Shown piece after piece: positions 14,210 to 20,664 of a stretch of 45,809 nt of DNA. Positions within the stretch are counted from its first letter, which is position 1; each line of letters opens with the position of its first letter. The stretch spans positions 1 to 45,809 of the IMG/VR virus record IMGVR_UViG_3300032770_000036; one strand, given 5' to 3'. Position numbers and translations under genes: made by a program. Source of the stretch: a virus. The notes below the pieces were generated by a model. It had not been told where the DNA came from. It did no database searches and saw only the letters and a program-made list of their open reading frames with translations.

Positions 14210-14289
14210 GGTAGGGTTCGCAGCGGTTCGCCGCGGTATGGTCCGGTATGGCCGGGTCGCGTGAGGTAAGGTGTGGTCCGCTGTGGTTA
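14210..14289 (+). repeat. Second 5-nt-phased GGTNN tract (16 pentamers, 12 starting with GG)
   Basis: Direct reading gives ggtag ggttc gcagc ggttc gccgc ggtat ggtcc ggtat ggccg ggtcg cgtga ggtaa ggtgt ggtcc gctgt ggtta. Confidence 0.8.
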
Positions 14290-14309
14290 TATTATTTGGA
14301 GCTAAGGAA

Positions 14310-15263
14310 GTGACAACATTCCGCCCCGCCAACGAGATCCGCGATCGCATCGGCGTGTTCGTCGCGCTGACAGGCACAGCGAACTCCGGCAAGACCTACA
14401 GTGCGCTGGCGCTCGCCCGCGGGATCGCGGGGCCGGGCGGGAAGATCGCCGTCGTCGACACCGAGGGCGGTCGCACGCTGCACCTGAAAGAGCAGTTCAA
14501 ATTCGAGGCCCTCGTCATCGGGCCGCCGTTCAGGCCCGATCGGTTCAGTGAGCTCGCGCAGACCGCGGAGCAGGAAGGCTACGCGTGTTTGCTGATTGAC
14601 AGCTTCAGTCAGGAATGGGTCGGGATCGGCGGCGTGCTGTCATGGCACGAAGAAGAGCTGTCACGCATGGCGGGCGACGACTACGCCAAGCGCGAGCGCG
14701 TGAAGATGGCGGCCTGGATCAGGCCCAAGAGCGCGCACAAAGCGATGGTCAACAGCTTCCTGCAGCGCAGGATCCCGATCATCTTCGCGATCCGCGGCGA
14801 AGAGAGCGTCAAGCCTGCGGAAGCGGGCGGGAAGCCGCAAAAGATCTACAAGAGCCTCACGAACAAGGATTTCCCTTTCGAGATGACGGTCGCCTTCCGG
14901 CTCGACCCCGCGCGCAAGGGCTACATCGATCTGTCAGACCCCGCGACCTGGAAGATGGAAGGCGCGCATCAGGCCATCTTCAAGGACGGCGATCGGCTGG
15001 CGCCGGAGCACGGCCAGCGCCTCGGCGCGTGGGCGGCGAACTTGTCGCTGAGCGACGCCGCGCCGGCGTCGCCTATGGGCCGCGATCTCCTGACCGAAGG
15101 CTTCGAGGCCGCCTCGCGCGGCTCTGACACGCTGCGATCGTTCTGGGGCAGGCTGAGCGCCTCAGAGAAGCACGCCGCCGGCGGCGCGAACAAGCTGGCC
15201 GAGTGGAAGGACATCGCGTTCAAGGCCGACGCCGAGATCGCGTCGGAAGAGGGAGCGAGCTGA
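14310..15263 (+). CDS. RecA-fold P-loop ATPase (Sak4/AAA_24-like recombination ATPase)
   Basis: Walker A is LTGTANSGKT and Walker B-like is ACLLIDSF. The GTG at 14310 is preceded by AAGGAA; the track start at 14271 lies inside the repeat tract. Confidence 0.6.
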   Translation: MTTFRPANEIRDRIGVFVALTGTANSGKTYSALALARGIAGPGGKIAVVDTEGGRTLHLKEQFKFEALVIGPPFRPDRFSELAQTAEQEGYACLLIDSFSQEWVGIGGVLSWHEEELSRMAGDDYAKRERVKMAAWIRPKSAHKAMVNSFLQRRIPIIFAIRGEESVKPAEAGGKPQKIYKSLTNKDFPFEMTVAFRLDPARKGYIDLSDPATWKMEGAHQAIFKDGDRLAPEHGQRLGAWAANLSLSDAAPASPMGRDLLTEGFEAASRGSDTLRSFWGRLSASEKHAAGGANKLAEWKDIAFKADAEIASEEGAS

Positions 15264-15264
15264 C

Positions 15265-15612
15265 ATGGGCGAGGCGAAGATCAAGGCGGCGCAGCGCGCC
15301 GCGGCGGGCGGCCCTATGCCGACGCCGGAGGAGTTCAAGGCGATGGAAGCGCTGTCCGCGCGCTTCGCCGAGGCGCTGTGGCGCGAGGGAATGGCGCTCG
15401 CCGGCCCGAGCCCGCACTTCATGGCGCGGATGCTGGCGTTCGTCACCGCCGGCCGCGTGATCGCGGAGGCGGGGAAACAGCTTCACGAGCGGCCGGAGGC
15501 GACGCAAGAGGCCGCGGCGCTCGGCATGCGCCAGGCTGTCATCATCGCGCAGCGCCAGGCCTTCGTCGAAGAAGGGCGGCGGCTGGCGGCCGCGGGGGAG
15601 CGGCGGCAGTGA
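15265..15612 (+). CDS. Hypothetical protein (115 aa)
   Basis: Track ORF starting 2 nt after the ATPase stop. Confidence 0.55.
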   Translation: MGEAKIKAAQRAAAGGPMPTPEEFKAMEALSARFAEALWREGMALAGPSPHFMARMLAFVTAGRVIAEAGKQLHERPEATQEAAALGMRQAVIIAQRQAFVEEGRRLAAAGERRQ

Positions 15613-15773
15613 TCGAGGTATTTCAGGCGATCGTTTGGGGCTTGGTCATACTTTGCCTCGCGATTTGCGGCCTGGCGTCCATTTTAATCCTTACGATCCT
15701 GCTCTGCAGGATCCTTTCCGAGGTTGTCGCAGATGCTTGGCATGATTTGCGCGACTGGCGCGGGGGACGCTGA
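15609..15773 (+). CDS. 54-aa membrane peptide
   Basis: The GTG start overlaps the upstream TGA. The peptide reads VIEVFQAIVWGLVILCLAICGLASILILTILLCRIL.... Confidence 0.4.
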   Translation: MIEVFQAIVWGLVILCLAICGLASILILTILLCRILSEVVADAWHDLRDWRGGR

Positions 15774-15774
15774 C

Positions 15775-15921
15775 ATGCACAGAGTTTTCGAATACATGCT
15801 GTGCTTTGCTCTTTTCATGTGCGCCAACGCCCTCGCGATACACGCTGGTGCGGCGCAAGGGATTGAGCTTTTCTTGGCGATGGTCCTGGCCGGCTGCGTC
15901 GGCGTTTTCCTGCCAGATTAG
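15775..15921 (+). CDS. 48-aa membrane peptide
   Basis: Reads MHRVFEYMLCFALFMCANALAIHAGAAQGIELFLAMVLAGCVGVFLPD. The ATG lies 2 nt after the upstream stop. Confidence 0.4.
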   Translation: MHRVFEYMLCFALFMCANALAIHAGAAQGIELFLAMVLAGCVGVFLPD

Positions 15922-15929
15922 GACAAGGA

Positions 15930-16199
15930 ATGCCCCGCCGCCCGCTGCCTCTCCTCATCGACAGCTTGCCTCTCTACGCGACGAAGGGGCAGATTATGGG
16001 CGCGATCACCGCCAGCACGCACGGGCAGTCGAACTTGCGGAGCCTGTTCTCCGCCGCCGGCTTCCCGAAGCCGAACGCCTTCATGGACGGCTACTATGTG
16101 CCGGCGGTCATCGCCTTCATCGAGAAGTTTGAAGCCGATCGTTCTGGTTCTTTGTTGGGGAGTAAGTCATGGGGCGAAACATCGAGGCGCCCGGCCTAA
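15930..16199 (+). CDS. xis: Excisionase/AlpA-like DNA-binding protein (89 aa)
   Basis: It lies immediately upstream of the integrase and overlaps it. AAGFPKPNAFMDGYYVPAVIAFIEK resembles the AlpA/Xis motif FP.P....W....V..W. Confidence 0.4.
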   Translation: MPRRPLPLLIDSLPLYATKGQIMGAITASTHGQSNLRSLFSAAGFPKPNAFMDGYYVPAVIAFIEKFEADRSGSLLGSKSWGETSRRPA

Positions 16200-17362
16200 G
16201 GTGGCGCTCGCGCGCGAGCGGCGCGCGGATCCCGGTCTGGATCGCGAGCAACGAAGCGGCCATGCGTGGCTACCCCGTCAAGACCGTGAACCTGACGGGC
16301 CTGACGGACCGCGAGATCGTCGCGCGCTGCCACGCGCTGCAGGCCGAAATGAAGGCCTGGGTCGGCGGCCGACCCCAGGATGCCTACGACGGGACGCTGG
16401 GCTCGCTGATCAGGATCTACCAGACGCACGAGGAAAGCGGCTACCAGCGGCTCAAGCCGTCGAGCCGCATTCCCTACGATGTCTATCTCCGTCGCATCCA
16501 CGAGGTCTATGGGCGGGCCAAAATCGAGCGCCTGACAGGCTTGGACCTCCGGGCGTGGCACAAGGACATGCGCGCGCCCGACGCCGCCGGCGGCCGCGAG
16601 AAGCTCGGCGCGGCGGAAATGGGGATCTCGGTCCTCAAGGCGGTCTTTTCCTTCGGGCTCGTCGCGGGCATTCGAGAGTGCGAGCATATCGTCGCCGTTG
16701 CGCGCGAGCTGCGCCTGCCAGGCCCAAAGGCGCGCGACGTCGCGCCCACGGCGGATGAGGTCGAACTGGCGCGCGCGGCCGCGCACCGCCTCGGCCATCC
16801 CCGCGCCGCTCTCGCCTACGCGCTGCAATTCGAGACGATGGCCCGGCAATGGGATATCATCGGCCAATGGGTTCCGCTCGACGACCCGAGGCCGTCGGCG
16901 GTCATTCGCGGGCGCTTGAAGTGGATCGGGCCGACCTGGGCGGCGATCGACGAACGCGGCGTTCTCAAGATCAAGCCGACCAAGACGGAGGGCTCGACCG
17001 GCGCGACGATCCACGTCGATCTGTCAGGCTGTCAGATGGTCATGGCGGAGCTGGCGCAGATCCCCGGAGCCGAACGCGTCGGGCCGCTGGTCACGTTCGA
17101 GGGCGCGCCGTATCCCAAGAACGCCTTCGATCGGCTTTGGCGGCGCGTGCGCAAGGGCGCCGGGCTCCCCGATGGAATGTGGAACCGCGACTTGCGCGCC
17201 GGCGGCGTGACAGAAGCGCAGATCGCCGGCGCCAGCGCGGAGGATCGCGCGAAGCTGGCGGGCCACAGCAAGCGCGTCAACGAGCAGGTTTATGCGCGCG
17301 ACCGCCTCGCCGCGAGCGGGCGTGTGGTCGAGCTGCGGGCGAAACTGAGGAGTGAGAAATGA
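16169..17362 (+). CDS. int: Tyrosine integrase
   Basis: The protein is 397 aa. The C-terminal catalytic region reads ...RDLRAGGVTEA...LAGHSKRVNEQVYARD (R...HxxR-like...H...Y pattern). Confidence 0.8.
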   Translation: MGRNIEAPGLRWRSRASGARIPVWIASNEAAMRGYPVKTVNLTGLTDREIVARCHALQAEMKAWVGGRPQDAYDGTLGSLIRIYQTHEESGYQRLKPSSRIPYDVYLRRIHEVYGRAKIERLTGLDLRAWHKDMRAPDAAGGREKLGAAEMGISVLKAVFSFGLVAGIRECEHIVAVARELRLPGPKARDVAPTADEVELARAAAHRLGHPRAALAYALQFETMARQWDIIGQWVPLDDPRPSAVIRGRLKWIGPTWAAIDERGVLKIKPTKTEGSTGATIHVDLSGCQMVMAELAQIPGAERVGPLVTFEGAPYPKNAFDRLWRRVRKGAGLPDGMWNRDLRAGGVTEAQIAGASAEDRAKLAGHSKRVNEQVYARDRLAASGRVVELRAKLRSEK

Positions 17363-17513
17363 GCGCCTCGTCAATCGCAAGAACGTGTCGGCAACGCCGA
17401 AGCGAACGCGGGCGAACGCAGCGAACGCGGAGCCTGAAATCGTTGACGAAAAATAGCCTTGATCTTAACGATGCGTTAAGCCTTAGGCCTTGAAATCGTT
17501 GGCGGCCGTTCGA
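17363..17513. other. Candidate attP region
   Basis: GCGAACGC occurs three times (17402, 17412, 17421). The direct repeat TGAAATCGTTG (17435-17445 and 17491-17501) flanks the palindrome CTTAACG-ATG-CGTTAAG (17464-17480). Confidence 0.35.
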
Positions 17514-17527
17514 CACGCTTTAGCGTG
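17514..17527. promoter_or_regulatory. Operator palindrome CACGCTTTAGCGTG
   Basis: Perfect and identical to 11131-11144. A degenerate copy, ATTGCAAAAGCGTT, lies at 17548-17561. Confidence 0.55.
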
Positions 17528-17561
17528 CAATCTGATATTGCACGCTTATTGCAAAAGCGTT

Positions 17562-17810
17562 TCACGAGCCCGCCCATTTGAGGAAAGCGGCGATTGACGC
17601 GTGACCCGCCCAGCCGGCCCCGAAGACGCCGGCCGCGCCGATCAGCCAATGGGCGATCCGCACAGCGCCGCGCCCCTGCAGGAGCAGGCTTTCCATCGCC
17701 TTGAGCGTGTCCTTCATCTCGCGCAGGTGTTCCTGCACGGCGCGCATCTCCGTCTCTAGCGCGGCGATGCGCTCCAATCCGGTCGGCTGCGTAAAGGGCT
17801 GCAGGCTCAA
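17562..17810 (-). CDS. Small coiled-coil protein with a C-terminal transmembrane segment (82 aa), in the position of the T7 gp17.5 holin
   Basis: This is the tail of track ORF 17562..18464. The TTG at 17810 overlaps the tail-fibre stop. The sequence runs ...LETEMRAVQEHLREMKDTLKAMESLL...IAHWLIGAAGVFGAGWAGHASIAAFL. Confidence 0.4.
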   Translation of the reverse strand: MSLQPFTQPTGLERIAALETEMRAVQEHLREMKDTLKAMESLLLQGRGAVRIAHWLIGAAGVFGAGWAGHASIAAFLKWAGS

Positions 17811-20077
17811 AATGGAATGACCCTGATCGAGGGGGCGGAAGAATAGGTGACGTTGTATTTCCAGCCTGGCGGCAGGACGAACGGCACCTGCTCGCCGGTG
17901 ACTTGCGGGTTCCAATTCATCGACCCGCCGAGCGTGTCTTTCACGGTGACAACCGTGATATTGCCGGCCCACAGCGTCACATGCAGCGGGAAATTGTTCG
18001 TGTTCTGCCAGTCCGTGCCGCTGCTCGGGACGGAGGGCTGCGAAATAAGCGCGACCTGGTCGCCGCTTTTCTTGAGCGTGCCGTCCGAAAACTGCACCGG
18101 CTGCTCGACGACGATGTTCCCGCCCGCGAGATTGTTGATGTAGAAGTTCGCCCCGCTCTGCGAGAGGTTCGTCGTGTTCGGGCTGACGGACCCCTGCGTG
18201 ATCTGGATCGCGGCGACCGAAGCGTCGTTCGTCTGCACGACGAGCGGGCGGCCGCCGTAGAACTCGAATTGCCCATGCCCGCGCTCGATCAAGACCTGCT
18301 GCGCGTCGGCGCCGGTGATGATAGGCGCGGCCGCCGAGCCGAGGTTGCCGCTGATCGAAATATAGTTGGAGAGGGAGTTCGCGACGGCGAACGACGTCGT
18401 GCCGTCCTGGCAGGTGGTCGCGACATTCGCCGTGAGCGCGCCCCAGACGAATTGCCCGTGCCACTCGTCAGCCGCGCCGCCATAGGGGCTGTCGAACAGG
18501 AACGCCTGCTGGACGATCTCGATATCGCAGCCGTAGAACTTGTTCGCGAACGAATAGCCGTTGAGGTAGTGGATCGCGTAATTGCAGCCGCCGACGATGA
18601 TGCGCCCGCAAGACATCGTGACCGCCGCCATCTCGATACCGTAGGTCGGTCCCGGCGATGCGATGGTCGGGGCGGGCAGATTGACTTCGAGGCCAGCGAA
18701 GAAGCACGTAACCAACTGGTTCATGCGCAGGCCGACGCTGTTGGCCGCGCCAGACTTGTTCTCGACGATTATGTCGGTGTTGAGATCGTTGATGGCGTGC
18801 GGGAAGTTGAAGCCGTTGGGCGGGCTCTCGTCCGGTCCGAAGGTCGCCGCGCGGCCACCAGGGTTGTTACCCTGGATCTTGAAGCCCATCAGGTAGACGT
18901 AGAAGCTGTCGGTAACATTGCCGCCGGCGCTCGTATCTGTCAGCAAGAATTGCGTGTGCGTGCTCGTGCAGGCCGAGACGTCGAACACGGTCATGCTCTT
19001 GCCGGAGCCCTCGATCCATAGGCCCGTCTGCTGTGGCGTCCCCTGCACGCCGGGCGTCGCCATCGCGCCGCCGGAGGCGGTCAGCGAGGCAAGGTCGATG
19101 ACCCACTGCGAGCCGGAGATGATGTAGACGCCTGGCTCCGCGCGCAGGCGCTTCCCCGTGCTCATGCCGGCGGCGACCCAGGCGAGCACCGCCGTCGTGT
19201 CGTCGGTCAGATTGTCGCCGGCGGCGTCGAAGTCGCCCTTAAGCCATAGCTCGCCGGGGTTGGCGATCGCCTGCGTGGCGCGCGCGGCGATGAGCCGGAC
19301 GATGATGTCCGCGCCGCTCGCCGGCGCCTGCGTGAAGGTGATCGTCTGCGCGAGGGTGTCGAAGCTGTAGAGCGTGGGGTCGAGCAAGAGCTCGTTCGCG
19401 GTGACGAAGTAGGCGAGCGGGTTCAGGCTGATCGACGCGCCGAGGGTCGCGATCGAGAAGGTCGTCGTCGTCCCGTCGCCTGTCAGCGCGACATAGGCGA
19501 GCTGCGAGGCGGCCGAGCTCGACGCGAAGCTGCTGACGGCGTTGTTGATCGCCGTGACCAGCGTCTCAAGGTTCACCGCGTCTTCGTTCTGGACGGGATC
19601 CTTGACGTTGGAGATCGCCAGGCCGCCGGCGTTATAGAACCCGTCGCCGCCGAGGTCGGTCTGGTAGAACTGCAGCGCCAGGCGGGCGAGGCGAGAAACC
19701 TCGCGCTGCGCGGCGATGAGGGTCGAGATCGCCTGGTTGAACTCCCGTCGGGCGATACCGGGCGCGCTCGGCTGGATGAGCTGGCGGGCCTGCCAGTTGC
19801 CGATGATGACGATGACGCTCCCGGCGGCGACCGGCGTGTTGAAGGTCACGACGCCGTCGGTGATCGGAAGCGGGAGCTGGCTCAGGGGCGTCCCGGAAAG
19901 CGACGTGAACGTCCATTCGTTCGACGGGACGGGCGAGAAATTCACGAAGACGGCGAGATCTTCCTGCGCCCCAAAGACGGGGAAGGTCACGTTCATGGTC
20001 GACGTCGCCGTCCCCGGCGCGGACCAAATGTAGCGGTCCTCGTCGAGAATAGGGGGGACGTTCGGGAGGATCGCCAT
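17807..20077 (-). CDS. Tail fibre/tailspike (756 aa) with a T7 gp17-like N-terminal attachment domain and a beta-helix-like body
   Basis: The N-terminus follows the gp17 pattern (F.VPF....DL.V.VN......TF...; ...EFNQAISTLIAAQRE). GDNLTDDTTAVLAWVAAG resembles the pectate-lyase-type tailspike motif. Confidence 0.75.
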   Translation of the reverse strand: MAILPNVPPILDEDRYIWSAPGTATSTMNVTFPVFGAQEDLAVFVNFSPVPSNEWTFTSLSGTPLSQLPLPITDGVVTFNTPVAAGSVIVIIGNWQARQLIQPSAPGIARREFNQAISTLIAAQREVSRLARLALQFYQTDLGGDGFYNAGGLAISNVKDPVQNEDAVNLETLVTAINNAVSSFASSSAASQLAYVALTGDGTTTTFSIATLGASISLNPLAYFVTANELLLDPTLYSFDTLAQTITFTQAPASGADIIVRLIAARATQAIANPGELWLKGDFDAAGDNLTDDTTAVLAWVAAGMSTGKRLRAEPGVYIISGSQWVIDLASLTASGGAMATPGVQGTPQQTGLWIEGSGKSMTVFDVSACTSTHTQFLLTDTSAGGNVTDSFYVYLMGFKIQGNNPGGRAATFGPDESPPNGFNFPHAINDLNTDIIVENKSGAANSVGLRMNQLVTCFFAGLEVNLPAPTIASPGPTYGIEMAAVTMSCGRIIVGGCNYAIHYLNGYSFANKFYGCDIEIVQQAFLFDSPYGGAADEWHGQFVWGALTANVATTCQDGTTSFAVANSLSNYISISGNLGSAAAPIITGADAQQVLIERGHGQFEFYGGRPLVVQTNDASVAAIQITQGSVSPNTTNLSQSGANFYINNLAGGNIVVEQPVQFSDGTLKKSGDQVALISQPSVPSSGTDWQNTNNFPLHVTLWAGNITVVTVKDTLGGSMNWNPQVTGEQVPFVLPPGWKYNVTYSSAPSIRVIPF

Positions 20078-20198
20078 GCGCGCAAGTTGCGCGCGCGTGA
20101 CGGGCCCTCAACGCACCCTGTGCAGCAGTTGACAGGTCCGGGCCGCCCTTCGATGTTGCCAGCGCGCGCGATCGCGGGGGAGGGGCGGCGTGAGGGCG

Positions 20199-20360
20199 AT
20201 GCTGGCGATGATCGGGCTGCTCGGCCTGCCGGGCCTTGTGCTTCTGCTCATCTTCACGCCGTATCACGAGGTCATCTACGGGCTTGGCGAGTTGACGCTG
20301 GCGACGATCACGATCGTCGCGGTCTGTTTGCTGTACGAATATTTCAGCCCGAGGCGATGA
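20199..20360 (+). CDS. Opposite-strand 53-aa two-helix membrane peptide (moron-like)
   Basis: My own translation gives MLAMIGLLGLPGLVLLLIFTPYHEVIYGLGELTLATITIVAVCLLYEYFSPRR. GC3 is high, a GGGGGAGGGG run lies upstream, and TTGACA is at 20129-20134. Confidence 0.4.
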   Translation: MLAMIGLLGLPGLVLLLIFTPYHEVIYGLGELTLATITIVAVCLLYEYFSPRR

Positions 20361-20364
20361 ATAC

Positions 20365-20664
20365 TTAGCGCCAGGTCGAGGGGTCGGCGGGGTCGAAGTC
20401 CATCGGCAGATAGCCCTTCGTCTTATAGCGCACGATATGACCCCAGGTTTCGGGGTTGAGGGGCGGGAAGCCGCTCACGCCTGGCAGCGCGTTCGTGATG
20501 TTCGGCGCGCGGCGAATGTGGCGGCCCGTCCACCACCAGGGCTCGCCGGTCGCGGTGATCCACGTCACCCATTCCGGATCCTCGGCGTCCGCGAACACGC
20601 CGACGCAAATCGCCTTGCCCAGCGGCGTGAAGACGTGGAAATCTGACAGACGCGTCAGGATCAT
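20365..20664 (-). CDS. Hypothetical virion-module protein (99 aa; start at ATG 20664)
   Basis: Track ORF 20365..20718 trimmed, with an ATGA overlap with the upstream gene. The sequence is Trp-rich. Confidence 0.5.
   Translation of the reverse strand: MILTRLSDFHVFTPLGKAICVGVFADAEDPEWVTWITATGEPWWWTGRHIRRAPNITNALPGVSGFPPLNPETWGHIVRYKTKGYLPMDFDPADPSTWR

Noticed and set aside
17807-20077. A diversity-generating retroelement (BPP-1-style), given the Bbp19-like small protein and fibre genes
   Set aside because: No ORF carries reverse-transcriptase motifs (no YxDD-type block), and I saw no template/variable repeat pair near the fibre C-termini.
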